Shown: positions 1 to 10,048, counted from the whole stretch's first letter. The stretch is DNA of 63,183 nt, filler included, from Thermodesulfobacteriota bacterium (GCA_036381125.1; 7 parts of 7 records of this genome joined end to end with filler, not necessarily neighbours in it), one strand, 5' to 3'. Numbers and translations: made by a program. Notes: generated from the sequence alone by a model not told the origin.

Positions 1-1610
1 GGGTAGTCCTCGGCGATCCAGAGCGCGTCGGGCCCGTTCGGCGCCTCGAGGATGCCGTAGCCGTGCTCGAGGAGCGTGCGGCGCACGACGGTGCGGACCA
101 TCTCGTCGTCCTCGACGACGAGGACGGTCGCGTTGCGCGCGGCCGGCGGCTCGAGGACCGGGAGCGGCGGCGCCTCGGCGGGCTCCTCCTCGACGCGCGG
201 GAGGTAGAGGCGGAACGTGGTCCCCTTCCCGACCGTGCTCTCCGCCCAGATGTAGCCGCCGGACTGCTTGACGATGCCGTAGACGGAGCTGAGCCCGAGA
301 CCGGTCCCCTTCCCCGGCCCCTTCGTCGTGTAGAACGGCTCGAAGATGTGCGGGAGGACGTCCGGCGCGATGCCGTCGCCCGTGTCGCTGACCGAGAGGA
401 GCACGTACGAGCCGGTCTGCACCGGGTAGGCGAAGCGGCGGGCGAACTCCGCGTCGATCTCGACGTCGGCGGTGCGGATCTCGAGCGTGCCGCCGTCGGG
501 CATGGCATCGCGCGCGTTCACGGCGAGCTCGAGGAGCACCTCCTCGAGCTGGCGCGGGTCCGCCTTGACCCGGCCGAGCGCCGCGACCAGGTGCGTGGCG
601 ACCTCGACGCGCTCGCCGACCGCGGAGCGGAGCGCCATGTCGAGGCCCCAGACGACGGCGTTCAGGTCGAGCACCTCGGGGCGGAGCACCTGCTGGCGGC
701 TGAACGCCTGGAGCCGGTGCACGAGCTGGGCGGCGCGCTCCACCGCGAGCTGGATCTGCTCGGCGTCGCCCCGACGCGGGTCATCCGGCTCGAACTTGCC
801 GAGCAGCAGCCGGGCGTGGCCGATCAGCCCCGTGAGCAGGTTGTTGAAGTCGTGCGCCGCCCCCGCCGCCAGCCGCCCCGACGCGTCCATCCGCTGCTGG
901 AGCAGCGCCTGCTGCTCCGCCCGGCGCCGCTCCGTCGCGTCGCGGCAGTACAGCACGATCCCGGCGACCCAGCGGTCGTCGAGCCGGTCGCGGGCCCGCG
1001 CCTCGAGCTCGCGCCAGCCACCGTCGCGATGGCGGAACCACAGCTCCAGCGACCGATCGGCGCGCTCCGCCGCGACGTCGCCCACCGCGAGCAGCGCCGC
1101 CGCATCCTCCTCGCGCACGAACTCGGCGAGTGGGCGGCCGAGCACGTCCGCCGGCGCGTAGCCGAACACCGGCTCGAACGACGGCGACACCTGGCGCAGC
1201 CGCCCGGCCGCATCCACGACGAGCGTCACGTCCGCATCGCTCTCGCCGGCCAGCGCGCGCTCCCGGTGCAGCCCCTCGGCGAGCCACGCGATCCCGAGCC
1301 CGAGGACCAGCACCGCCGCGAACACCGGCATCGCCGGCGCGCCCGCCGGCGCCCCACCCTGGAGCGCCCAGGCGACCCGCACCCCCGCGAACAGCGCCGC
1401 GACGACGCCGAGCGCCTGGAGCGCCCCGACCGCCCCACCGCGCCGCGCCCGCACGAGCACCGGCGCCAGCGCGACCAGCCACAGCAGCGCGGCGCGCACA
1501 CCCCCCACGCCGAGCAGGTCCACCAGGACCGGAACGGCGAGGGACAGGTACGCCCCGGCCGAGGCCCAGGGCGGGGCCCCACTCGAGGCTGCGGGCCGGC
1601 GTCGGCTCAT
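1..1610 (-). CDS. Membrane-anchored PAS hybrid sensor histidine kinase/response regulator (3' end cut by window edge)
   Basis: Not in the ORF track; translated by hand from ATG 1610 (MSRRRPAASS). Hydrophobic N-terminus, PAS, H-box [27 protein letters not shown], then receiver start TVLVVEDDEMVR. Confidence 0.88.
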   Translation of the reverse strand, partial: MSRRRPAASSGAPPWASAGAYLSLAVPVLVDLLGVGGVRAALLWLVALAPVLVRARRGGAVGALQALGVVAALFAGVRVAWALQGGAPAGAPAMPVFAAVLVLGLGIAWLAEGLHRERALAGESDADVTLVVDAAGRLRQVSPSFEPVFGYAPADVLGRPLAEFVREEDAAALLAVGDVAAERADRSLELWFRHRDGGWRELEARARDRLDDRWVAGIVLYCRDATERRRAEQQALLQQRMDASGRLAAGAAHDFNNLLTGLIGHARLLLGKFEPDDPRRGDAEQIQLAVERAAQLVHRLQAFSRQQVLRPEVLDLNAVVWGLDMALRSAVGERVEVATHLVAALGRVKADPRQLEEVLLELAVNARDAMPDGGTLEIRTADVEIDAEFARRFAYPVQTGSYVLLSVSDTGDGIAPDVLPHIFEPFYTTKGPGKGTGLGLSSVYGIVKQSGGYIWAESTVGKGTTFRLYLPRVEEEPAEAPPLPVLEPPAARNATVLVVEDDEMVRTVVRRTLLEHGYGILEAPNGPDALWIAEDY

Positions 1611-1773
1611 CGGATGGCTCCGTGGATGCGTCGTGCGGCGGCGGGGCGCGGACGTGGTCCGCGCCGGGGCGGTGCAGATTCGCACGCCGCGGGCCAGGTG
1701 CCGGTTTCTCCGGAACTCGTTGATTTGGTTTCAGATCCGCCGCCACTCGCGGTCGCGCGCGGCGCGCCTGTGG

Positions 1774-3144
1774 TCACGGAACGGGGCCGTTGCCGTCCTG
1801 TTTCGGGGCCACGGCGGCGGCGGAGGCGAGGAGGCGGTCGAGGCGGGAGCGGGAGATGCCGAGGATGCGGGCGGTCTGGCGCTTGTTGCCGTTGGTGCGG
1901 GCGAGGACGTCGTGGACGTGGGCGGCGATGACGTCGGCGAGGGCGTCGCCGGGGCGGGCGGGGGTGCGGTTCGGAGTGGCGGTGGCGACCTCCGGGGGGA
2001 GGTGCTCGAGGGCGAGCGCGGAGCCGCGGGCGAGGATGGCGGAGCGGGAGAGGACGTTCTCGAGCTCGCGGACGTTGCCGGGCCAGTCGTAGGCGACGAG
2101 GCGGGCCATGACCTCGTCGGGGACGTAGCGGATCTCCTTGCCGACGGTGACGGAGATGCGGCGGAGGAGGTGGTCGACGAGGAGCGGGATGTCGGCGCGG
2201 CGGTCGCGGAGCGGGGGGAGGTGGATCTCGACGACCTTGAGGCGGAAGTAGAGGTCGTCGCGGAAGAGGCCGTCGCGGACGAGGCGAGCGAGGTCGCGGT
2301 GGGTGGCGGCGATGACGCGGGCCTCGGTGCGGCGGACGTGCTCGGCGCCGACGGGGATGAAGGTGCGCTCCTGGAGGATGCGGAGGAGCTTGGCCTGGAA
2401 GGCTGGGGAGATGTCGCCGATCTCGTCGAGGAAGATGGTGCCGGAGCCGGCGAGCTCGAAGTGTCCCTTCCGGTCGGCGACGGCGCCGGTGAAGCTGCCG
2501 CGGACGTGGCCGAACAGCTCGGACTCGAGGAGCGTCTCGGGGAGCGCGGTGCAGTTGACGGCGAGGAACGGCTCGGCGCTCTCGGCGGAGTTGGCGTGGA
2601 TGGCGCGGGCGACGAGCTCCTTGCCGGTGCCGGTTTCGCCCTGGATGAGGACGGGGGCGCGGGTGCCGGCGACGGCGCCGATGAGCTTGTAGACGTCGAC
2701 CATGGAGGGGGCGCGGCCGACGAGTCCGACGTCGTCGGGGGCGGGGACGGGGGCGGCGCGGCGGGCGCGGCGCTCGGCGGCGCGGTCGCGGACGCAGCGG
2801 GCGACGACGGTGCCGAGGTGGTCGAAGTCGACGGGCTTGACGAGGTAGTCGTAGGCGCCGGCGCGGATGGCGCGGATGGCGAGCTGCATGTCCTCGGCGC
2901 CGGTGACGACGATGACGTCGATGTCGGGATCGCGCTCGCGGAGGATCTCGGTGAGCTCGAGGCCGTCCATCCCCGCCATGCGGATGTCGGTGAGGACGAC
3001 GTCGGGGCGGAAGTCGGCGATGCGGGCGAGGGCGCTCTCGGCGCTCTCGACGCTGGCGGTGACGTAGTCGGAGGCGGAGAGGTAGCGCTCGAAGGCGGAG
3101 CGGACGATGGCCTCGTCGTCGACGATGAGGAGGCGCTGGGTCAT
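1774..3144 (-). CDS. Sigma54-dependent NtrC/AtoC-family response regulator (REC-AAA+-Fis HTH)
   Basis: REC (LIVDDE, TDIRM), Walker A GETGTGKE, ESELFGHVRGSFTGA, FLDEIGD, WPGNVRELEN, C-terminal HTH. Confidence 0.95.
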   Translation of the reverse strand: MTQRLLIVDDEAIVRSAFERYLSASDYVTASVESAESALARIADFRPDVVLTDIRMAGMDGLELTEILRERDPDIDVIVVTGAEDMQLAIRAIRAGAYDYLVKPVDFDHLGTVVARCVRDRAAERRARRAAPVPAPDDVGLVGRAPSMVDVYKLIGAVAGTRAPVLIQGETGTGKELVARAIHANSAESAEPFLAVNCTALPETLLESELFGHVRGSFTGAVADRKGHFELAGSGTIFLDEIGDISPAFQAKLLRILQERTFIPVGAEHVRRTEARVIAATHRDLARLVRDGLFRDDLYFRLKVVEIHLPPLRDRRADIPLLVDHLLRRISVTVGKEIRYVPDEVMARLVAYDWPGNVRELENVLSRSAILARGSALALEHLPPEVATATPNRTPARPGDALADVIAAHVHDVLARTNGNKRQTARILGISRSRLDRLLASAAAVAPKQDGNGPVP

Positions 3145-5120
3145 GAATGGAACTCCAGGGGTGAATCGCCGCGCCAGCGGCCGTCGAGCGCCTCGCGCAC
3201 GGCGCGGGTGAGGGCGGCCGGAGTGAACGGCTTCTCGAGGAAGGGCGCATCGGGGCCGAGCGCGCCCTGGCGCTCGAGGGTGTCCGCGGCGTAGCCGGAC
3301 ATGAAGAGGAGCTTGAGGTCGGGCTGGCGGCGGGTGAGTCTCCGGGCCAGCTCGACGCCGCTCATCTGCGGCATGACCAGGTCGGTCAGGAGGAGGTCGA
3401 TCGGCGGCGTGGCGTCGTCGAAGGCGAGGCGGATGGCCTCGGCGCCGCCGGCGGCCTCGATGACGCGGTAGCCGGCGCCGTCGAGGATGCGGCGCGCGAG
3501 GCGTCGCACGGCGACGTCGTCCTCGACGAGGAGGATGGTGCCGGCGCCGGCGGGCGGTCCGGCGGGCCCCGGCGCGGTGGCCTCGGGCGTGGGCGCGGCG
3601 ATGCGCGGGAGGTAGATGCGGAACGTGGCGCCGTGGCCGGGGCGGCTGTCGACGGTGACGCCGCCGCCGCTCTGGGTGACGATGCCGTAGACGGTGCTGA
3701 GGCCGAGGCCGGTGCCCTTGCCGGGCTCCTTCGTGGTGAAGAAGGGCTCGAAGACGAACGGGATCGCGTCGGGCGGGATGCCGGCGCCGGTGTCGGCGAC
3801 GGCGAGGAGGACGTACCGCCCGGGGCGGGGCACGCCGACGTGGCGGGCCTCGGCGTCGTCGAGCTCGACCTCGCTCGTGGAGATGGCGAGGCGGCCGCCG
3901 GTGGGCATGGCGTCGCGGCCGTTGATGGCGAGGTTCATCAGGACCTGCTCGATCTGGCCGGGATCGGCCTCGATGGAGCCGAGGTCGGGATCGAGGTGGA
4001 GGACGACCTCGACGTCCTCGCCGATGAGGCGCTGGAGCATGCGGCGGAGATCGAGGATCGTGGCGTTCAGGTCGATGATGCGGGGCTGGAGCACCTGCTT
4101 GCGGCTGAAGGCGAGGAGCTGGCGGGTGAGGCTGGCGGCGCGGTCGGCGGCCTTCTCGATCTCACGGACGTCGGCGCGGCGGGCGTCGCCCTCAGGGAGG
4201 TCGGCGAGGAGGAACGCGACGTAGCCCTTGATGCCGGTGAGCAGGTTGTTGAAGTCGTGGGCGACGCCGCCGGCGAGGCGGCCGACGGCCTCCATCTTCT
4301 GGGATTGGCGGAGCTGCGCCTCGAGCGCGCGGCTCTCGGTGAGGTCGCGGGTGTTGACGACGATGCCGCCGACGGACGGGTGCAGGAGCCGGTTCGTGGC
4401 GTGGGAGGCGAGGGCGCGCCAGGAGCCGTCCTTGTGGCGGCAGCGAAACTCGACCGTGCGGGCGGCGCCGGGGCTCTCGAGGATCTCGTCGAAGGCGCGG
4501 CGGACGTAGGGCAGGTCGTCGGGGTGGATCAGCTCCAGGGCGTTGCGCCCGAGGCGCTCCTCGGGCGAGTAGCCGAGGACGCGCTCGACCGCCGGGCTGG
4601 TGTAGAGCGCGGTGCCGTCGGCCGCGAGAATCGTGACGATCTCCGAGGAACTCTCGATGAGCGCGCGGAAGCGCTCCTCGGAGGCGGCGAGCGCCGCCTG
4701 CGCGGGGCCGCGCTCGGCGATCTCCTGCATCTGCGTGATGAGGTAGAGCGGCTCGCCGGCGTCGTCGCGCGCCACGGATGCGGTGCGCTGGATCCAGACG
4801 ACGCGGCCATCCTTGCGGATGCAGCGCATCTCGGCCTGCGCGGCCGACCGCTCGCCGGCGATCAGGCGGCGCACGTCCTCCAGCTCGCCGGCCACGTCGT
4901 CGGGGTGCGCGACATCCTGCGGGCGGCGCCCGAGCAGCTCGTCGGCGGTGTAGCCGAGGAGCTCGCAGAGCGCGGCGTTCACGCGCAGCCAGCGGCCGTC
5001 GGTGCCGGCGACGGCCATGCCGATGGCGGCGTGCTCGAAGGCGATCCGGAACGCTTCGCTCGCGGCGAGCGCGCCGGCGGCAGGCGGAGGCGCGGGCTCC
5101 GTGGGCTGCGAGTGCGTCAT
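3141..5120 (-). CDS. Cytoplasmic PAS-PAS hybrid histidine kinase/response regulator
   Basis: Two PAS/PAC domains, [24 protein letters not shown] with TDLVMP. Likely start is ATG 5120 (ORF extends to 5222); ATGA overlap with the NtrC gene. Confidence 0.93.
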   Translation of the reverse strand: MTHSQPTEPAPPPAAGALAASEAFRIAFEHAAIGMAVAGTDGRWLRVNAALCELLGYTADELLGRRPQDVAHPDDVAGELEDVRRLIAGERSAAQAEMRCIRKDGRVVWIQRTASVARDDAGEPLYLITQMQEIAERGPAQAALAASEERFRALIESSSEIVTILAADGTALYTSPAVERVLGYSPEERLGRNALELIHPDDLPYVRRAFDEILESPGAARTVEFRCRHKDGSWRALASHATNRLLHPSVGGIVVNTRDLTESRALEAQLRQSQKMEAVGRLAGGVAHDFNNLLTGIKGYVAFLLADLPEGDARRADVREIEKAADRAASLTRQLLAFSRKQVLQPRIIDLNATILDLRRMLQRLIGEDVEVVLHLDPDLGSIEADPGQIEQVLMNLAINGRDAMPTGGRLAISTSEVELDDAEARHVGVPRPGRYVLLAVADTGAGIPPDAIPFVFEPFFTTKEPGKGTGLGLSTVYGIVTQSGGGVTVDSRPGHGATFRIYLPRIAAPTPEATAPGPAGPPAGAGTILLVEDDVAVRRLARRILDGAGYRVIEAAGGAEAIRLAFDDATPPIDLLLTDLVMPQMSGVELARRLTRRQPDLKLLFMSGYAADTLERQGALGPDAPFLEKPFTPAALTRAVREALDGRWRGDSPLEFHS

Positions 5121-5255
5121 CGCACGCTCGAGGGGGTGGGGATGGCGAGGTGCGGCGCCGAGCCAGCGGCCGGCGTCGGCGGAGCCGACGGTACAATGTA
5201 ATGGCGTGGATGTACACCGCAAAGGCGCGCGGCGCTTCGGGTTGGTGCGAGGCGG

Positions 5256-5871
5256 CTAGCGGGCGGCGCGGAGCGCGTTGAGGATGACGGCGACGTCGAT
5301 CGCCTCCTGGAGCAGCGCGCCGACGGCGGGCTCGATGTGGCCGAGCGCGGCGAGGAGCATGGCGGCGCCGCTGAGGCCGAGGCCGACGCCGATGCTCTGG
5401 CGCGCGATGCGGAACGCCTTGCGGCTGATGCGGATGGCGGCGGCGACCCCGGCGGGGTCGTCTCCGAGGATGACGAGGTCGGCGGCCTCGGCGCTGATGC
5501 CGCCGCCGTGGCCGGCGAGCGCGATGCCGACGGTGGCGGCGCTGAGGGCGGGGGCGTCGTTGATGCCGTCGCCGAGCATGACGACGCGCTCGCCCTGGCG
5601 GACGAGGTCCTCGACGACGGCGACCTTGTCCTCGGGGCGGAGGTCGCCGCGGAACTCGTCGATGCCGAGCGCGTCGGCGACGGCGCGAGTGTTGTGCTCG
5701 TGGTCGCCGGAGAGGATGATCTTGCGGCGGATCCCGAGGCGGTCGAGCTCGCGGAAGAGGTCGGCGAGGCCGGGGCGGATGCGGTCGGCGAACGTGATGA
5801 TGGCGGCGCCGCGGCCGTCGACGGCGACGAACGCGCGCAGGCCGGCGGAGTGGGGCTCGAGCGGCTCGAGG
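5256..5871 (-). CDS. Heavy-metal P1B-type ATPase, C-terminal part (cut by contig end)
   Basis: [10 protein letters not shown] hinge, LSGD motif, final TM segment with ILNALR. Confidence 0.9.
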
Positions 5872-5971
5872 NNNNNNNNNNNNNNNNNNNNNNNNNNNNN
5901 NNNNNNNNNNNNNNNTTAATTAATTAANNNNNNNNNNNNNNNNNNNNNNNNNNNNNNNNNNNNNNNNNNNN
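5872..5971. other. Artificial contig spacer
   Basis: 100 nt of Ns around TTAATTAATTAA (stops in all six frames). Confidence 0.98.
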
Positions 5972-5990
5972 CCCGTTCGAGCGGGAAGAA

Positions 5991-6082
5991 GGGCCCCTGC
6001 TTTGCCTGACGGGTTAGCCGCGTGCCTAGAAGTGGAACGGCGGTTCCTCACCTCGGCACCCGGCAGTCGTGGGGGCAGGCCC
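5991..6082. ncRNA. Candidate structured RNA (long bulged hairpin), family unknown
   Basis: Nested complementary segments: GGGCC..TGC/GCAGGCCC, GAC/GTC, GCCG/CGGC, GTGCC/GGCAC, GGAAC/GTTCC around a 4-nt loop. Intergenic. Confidence 0.35.
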
Positions 6083-6198
6083 GAAATCGCCACGCGCCTC
6101 GCGCGGTCGCCCACCCGCCGCCCGCGAACCTCCGGTGTGCGCCGGCTTACGCCGCGCCCGTCGGGCAGTGCTCGGCCGTGCAGGCAGAGGGGGCTTGC

Positions 6199-6214
6199 TG
6201 GTACACGAGTTGCT
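6199..6214 (+). promoter_or_regulatory. Sigma54 (-24/-12) promoter upstream of the lytic transglycosylase
   Basis: TGGTACACGAGTTGCT: exact GG-N10-GC spacing, close to TGGCAC-N5-TTGC, about 47 nt before the ATG. Confidence 0.7.
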
Positions 6215-6261
6215 GCTACCCTGTCGCCGTGGCCTCACGAGGCATGGACGAGGGGAACACG

Positions 6262-7146
6262 ATGACGACACGTTCGGGGCGCACGACCGCGAGGCGGCTG
6301 CTGGCCGCGGCGGGTGCCGGCAGCCTGGCGGTCCTGGCCGGGGTGGCCCTGGCCGAGCGCAGCGCGCTCGAGGCCGGGTCGTACACGGTGCCGGTGCCGG
6401 CCCTGGCGTCCGTGGGCGCCGACGCCCTGCTCATGCCGGGGCGGTCGGGTACCCCCGGCCTGCGCCGAGTCGCCCAGGGTCCTGACCACGCCGTCCAGAG
6501 CCCCGACCTCGAGCCGCGAAGCGCTCGCGCCCCGCGCCAGGCGGTCCACGCACCTGACTATGCGGCGCCCGACGCGGAGCCGCCGCCGTCGAGACGGGCG
6601 GCGGCCAGGGCCGAGCGGGCGGCCATGATCGCCCGCCTCGCGCGGACCCTCGACGGGTTCGCGACCGGCCTCGAGCCGCATACCGAACGCCGGGTCGCCG
6701 CCGCCATCTACGACGAGTCGATGCGGTGGGGGATCGACCCGCTCCTCACGCTGGCCGTCATCGAGACCGAGAGCACCTACCGCAACGGCGCCATCTCCTT
6801 CGTGGGAGCACGGGGGCTCATGCAGATCCGGCCCTTCGTGGGCGAGGAGCTGGCCGCCCGCCTGCGGCTCCGCTGGGACGGGCATCGGACCCTTCACGAC
6901 CCCGTGGCGAACGTCACCATGGGCGTCTACTACCTGGCGCGGCTGCGCGCCCGGTTCGGCGACCTCGCCACGGCGCTCGCCGCCTACAACATCGGCCCCA
7001 ACGCGGTCCAGGCGCTGATCGACGAGGAGCGCGAGGTGCCCACCGGTTACGTCCGGAAGGTCCTCGGTTCGTACGCGCGCCTGCTCGCCGACACCCCCGC
7101 CCGCCCCAGGCTGGCGGCCCGCACCGGGTCCACCGCCAGGCGCTAG
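6262..7146 (+). CDS. Lytic transglycosylase (SLT domain) with N-terminal signal/anchor
   Basis: Catalytic IETES, GARGLMQI and ALAAYNIG motifs. GAGGGG RBS before ATG 6262. Confidence 0.9.
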   Translation: MTTRSGRTTARRLLAAAGAGSLAVLAGVALAERSALEAGSYTVPVPALASVGADALLMPGRSGTPGLRRVAQGPDHAVQSPDLEPRSARAPRQAVHAPDYAAPDAEPPPSRRAAARAERAAMIARLARTLDGFATGLEPHTERRVAAAIYDESMRWGIDPLLTLAVIETESTYRNGAISFVGARGLMQIRPFVGEELAARLRLRWDGHRTLHDPVANVTMGVYYLARLRARFGDLATALAAYNIGPNAVQALIDEEREVPTGYVRKVLGSYARLLADTPARPRLAARTGSTARR

Positions 7147-7385
7147 GCCGCACAACGTAGTGCCCACCACGTTTTTCCGGATGCGAATCGGCTGAATCCG
7201 CAGTAGGCTACCCGCGGACTGCCTAGTCGACCGACGGCCTCGAGCGCCGGGGTGCCCTCGAGCGGCGTGCGGTCTCGGAGCGGCGGTGCGCCCGATCGAC
7301 GCGAGGGGCGCCGTGCGAGGCCGCCCCGGCACGGCATCGCGCGTGCCCGGGTGTGCCCGCCCGCTGCCCCGATTCCCGAGGAGAC

Positions 7386-8006
7386 ATGATGGAGAGCGAG
7401 CGCATCAAGGGCATCTACGCGGCGTGGTCCCACCTCTACGACTACGTCTTCAAGGTCTTCTTCTACCGTCGTCTCGGCCACGCGATCCGGCTGCTCAACA
7501 TCCAGCCCGGGCAACGCGTCCTCGACGTCGGGGTGGGGACGGGCCTCTCGCTGGACTTCTATCCTCCACATTGCCAGGTGGTGGGCATCGACCTTTCCAG
7601 GGAGATGCTCGACAAGGCGCGCCGACGGGTGCGCGAGCGGGGGCTCGAGAACGTCGAGCTGATCGAGATGGACGCGACGCATCTCGCCTTCCCGAACGAC
7701 AGCTTCGACCACGTCGTCGCTGCCCACGTGATGAGCGTGGTGCCGGAGCCGGTCCGGGTCCTCGCGGAGATCAAGCGGGTCACACGATCCGACGGCAAGA
7801 TCGTCATCATCAACCACTTCCAGAGCACGAACAGGGCCCTGGCGCGCATCGAGGAGTGGCTGAACCCCATCACGCGGCGCATCGGGTGGCGCACCGACCT
7901 CGACCTCCGCTCGCTCGTGCGCGATGGTCAGATCGACGTCGACTTCGAGTACAAGCTCTCACGCGGCGACCTGTGGAAAGTGGTGTTCGCGGTCAACACG
8001 AAATAG
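7386..8006 (+). CDS. Class I SAM methyltransferase, phospholipid N-methyltransferase (PmtA-like)
   Basis: VLDVGVGTG, GIDLS, VMSVVPEP, IINHF. GAGGAG RBS. Confidence 0.8.
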   Translation: MMESERIKGIYAAWSHLYDYVFKVFFYRRLGHAIRLLNIQPGQRVLDVGVGTGLSLDFYPPHCQVVGIDLSREMLDKARRRVRERGLENVELIEMDATHLAFPNDSFDHVVAAHVMSVVPEPVRVLAEIKRVTRSDGKIVIINHFQSTNRALARIEEWLNPITRRIGWRTDLDLRSLVRDGQIDVDFEYKLSRGDLWKVVFAVNTK

Positions 8007-8414
8007 CCACGAAGTGGAGTTCGTGGGCACGGCGGTCGCCGCGCCGGCGGCCGCGGTGCCCGTCGGACCCGTCCCGGAGACCGCCCGGGCTCGATCGCCC
8101 GCCCGGGCGGAGCCTCTTGCCTCCGGCCTCTCCCCGTTTCCCGCCCCAGGTTTTGTCGCAGCGCGCCGTTTCTCGCCTTGCACGCGTAGCCTCGAGTGAT
8201 GCCTCGCCCGTACGAGGCGCCTTTCGGGCTTGCCCTTTGCAGCCCCGCCCGACGTGCCGCCCGTTGGCCCGCAGCCGGGCGGTCTCTCAGGAGTCTGTGC
8301 TGGGCAGGGCAAGCGGACAAAAAGGGAAGGCGCGTTCCCTCCGCTTGGGTTCCCGGACGGCCGACCGACTCCTGGACGGCTGCTTTCCAAGGGGCCGGCG
8401 GCCCACTTGGCTTC

Positions 8415-8430
8415 CGGCCCATGCTTTGCA
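8415..8430 (+). promoter_or_regulatory. Probable sigma54 promoter for the KGG gene cluster
   Basis: CGGCCCATGCTTTGCA with GG-N10-GC spacing and a TTGCA -12 box. Confidence 0.55.
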
Positions 8431-8557
8431 TTAGCTGGCGGCATGACTCGTGACCCGGGCAGGCGGAGGGACGCCGCGGCGTCCTGCCCGAGGTCCACGG
8501 ACTCGTGGCGGAGATGGTCTCCACCACGCAGCTCGCGGCGACAAGGGAGGAGATCGC

Positions 8558-8800
8558 ATGTCGGAAATCAAGAAGGACGGCGGGATGACGGTTCGCGAGG
8601 CCGGGCGCCGGGGGGGCGTCGCCACGAGCGAGAAGTACGGTCGGGAGTTCTACGAGGCCATCGGGAAGAAGGGCGGAAAGATTGGCGGCGAGACCACGAA
8701 GGAGAAGTACGGGCCGCAGTTCTACGAGGCGATCGGCCGCAAGGGCGGCCAGCGCGTCAAGGAACTGATCGAGCGCAGCAAGCGCGCCGTCAAGCCGTAA
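8558..8800 (+). CDS. KGG-repeat general stress protein (GsiB/Em-LEA-like) 1
   Basis: MTVREAGRRGG plus two repeats of T-x-EKYG-x-x-FYEAIG(K/R)KGG. GGAGG RBS. Confidence 0.88.
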   Translation: MSEIKKDGGMTVREAGRRGGVATSEKYGREFYEAIGKKGGKIGGETTKEKYGPQFYEAIGRKGGQRVKELIERSKRAVKP

Positions 8801-8862
8801 CACGGCCGGTCCGACGCTCCCTCGCGGCGGCTCGCCGTCGCTCACGCGCTCGAGGAGCAGGC

Positions 8863-9045
8863 ATGAAGGACGAGACCACGAACGTGAACGCCGAGCGGCC
8901 GATGACCGTCCGCGAGGCGGGCCGTCGCGGGGGAGAGGCGACGAGCGGGAAGTACGGGCGGGGGTTCTACGAGACGATCGGCAAGAAGGGCGGCCAGCGG
9001 GTCCGGGAACTCGTGGAGCAGGGGAAGCGCGCGGCGAAGGTGTAG
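8863..9045 (+). CDS. KGG-repeat general stress protein 2
   Basis: MTVREAGRRGGEATSGKYGRGFYETIGKKGGQRVRELVEQGK. GAGGAG RBS. Confidence 0.85.
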   Translation: MKDETTNVNAERPMTVREAGRRGGEATSGKYGRGFYETIGKKGGQRVRELVEQGKRAAKV

Positions 9046-9160
9046 CCTGCCTCCCCGGAGCCTCTGGCACACGTGGACATCTCGAGATCGGAAGGGAGGG
9101 GAAGCGGCGGACGGGTACGCCGCGGCGGCGCGACGTCGCGGGCGTGAGGTGACGAGACGA

Positions 9161-9400
9161 ATGGCAGCCAAGAAGCGTACCGGGGGGGAGATGACCGTCC
9201 GCGAAGCCGGACGGAAAGGCGGCAAGACCACCAAAGAGCGCCACGGTCCGCAGTTCTACGAGACGATCGGCCAGAAGGGCGGCGAGGCGACTCGCGAGAA
9301 GCACGGCCCGCAGTTTTACGAGACGATCGGCAAGAAGGGGGGACAGCGGGTGCGCGAGCTGGTGGAGGAAGGCAAGAAGGCGACCGAGCGACACAAGTAG
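9161..9400 (+). CDS. KGG-repeat general stress protein 3
   Basis: MTVREAGRKGG plus two HGPQFYETIG(Q/K)KGG repeats. Confidence 0.88.
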   Translation: MAAKKRTGGEMTVREAGRKGGKTTKERHGPQFYETIGQKGGEATREKHGPQFYETIGKKGGQRVRELVEEGKKATERHK

Positions 9401-9589
9401 CGGCAGCCGACGAACGACGAGCCCGATCATGCACGCCCGAAGATGCCTCGAATCCGGGGCCGCGCCAGCCGCGGCCCCCACCTGCGTCCTCGTCGCCCGC
9501 GCCCGTCCGTCGACGCGCCCGGTCCCGCCGACGCCGGCGCGGCTGCGCGCGGGGGCCGCCGGGACGCCCGCCCCGACCAGGAAAGCCTT

Positions 9590-9946
9590 GTGAGCCTCAC
9601 CGTCCGCCGTGTGGGACGCGTCCTCTTCGGCCTTGCCGGAGCGGGCAGCGCGTTGTTCGTGCACCTTCTGCCGCCGCCCGCCGACCTCGGCGCCGGCGCA
9701 CCGACCGGCGGCCCTCCCGCCGCGGTCGCGCCCGCGGACTCCGCGGCCGGGCCGGCCGACCCCACGGTCGCGGCCCCTGACGCCTCGGTCGCGCCGTCAC
9801 CTCCCGCCGATCGGCCGCTGGTCGCCATGCCGACCACCGGGCCGCACGGCGCCGAGTCGGCCGACCACCCCGCCGCACCGGCCCTGCTCGCGACCGACGG
9901 CCGCACCGCTCACCCCCCGGCTGCGGCTGCCGCCCGCCGGCGCTGA
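9590..9946 (+). CDS. Hypothetical Pro/Ala-rich protein with N-terminal hydrophobic segment
   Basis: GTG start after AGGA, hydrophobic VLFGLAGAGSALFV; fills the gap between same-strand genes. No family recognised. Confidence 0.3.
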   Translation: MSLTVRRVGRVLFGLAGAGSALFVHLLPPPADLGAGAPTGGPPAAVAPADSAAGPADPTVAAPDASVAPSPPADRPLVAMPTTGPHGAESADHPAAPALLATDGRTAHPPAAAAARRR

Positions 9947-10048
9947 CCCGCGGCCGCCCCTTCGGCCGGGCCGCGCAGAGGTCCCTCCCGTCGGCTAGAC
10001 TGCCGCTTCGGCGAGGCGATGCCTGCTGCCTCGCGGGGAGGGCGGACG

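Noticed and set aside
63..1931. Long ORFs antisense to or overlapping real genes (e.g. 63-1931, 16948-19653, 28240-31062, 51965-54049, 58755-61799)
   Set aside because: Shadow ORFs typical of high-GC DNA: Arg/Ala/Pro-rich or antisense to genes with clear motifs.
5991..6082. SRP RNA, c-di-AMP or cobalamin riboswitch identity for the hairpin
   Set aside because: Only short fragments resemble them (GTCAGG..AAGCAG, GCTAACCCG, CTGCCCCC); core elements are missing or out of order.
9065..9080. TGGCAC upstream of the third KGG gene as a sigma54 promoter
   Set aside because: No GC at the -12 position.
8558..9400. Recurring TTCTACGAG..ATCGGC..AAGGGCGG units as a CRISPR array
   Set aside because: The units are in-frame KGG coding repeats with synonymous variation; no unique spacers or cas genes.
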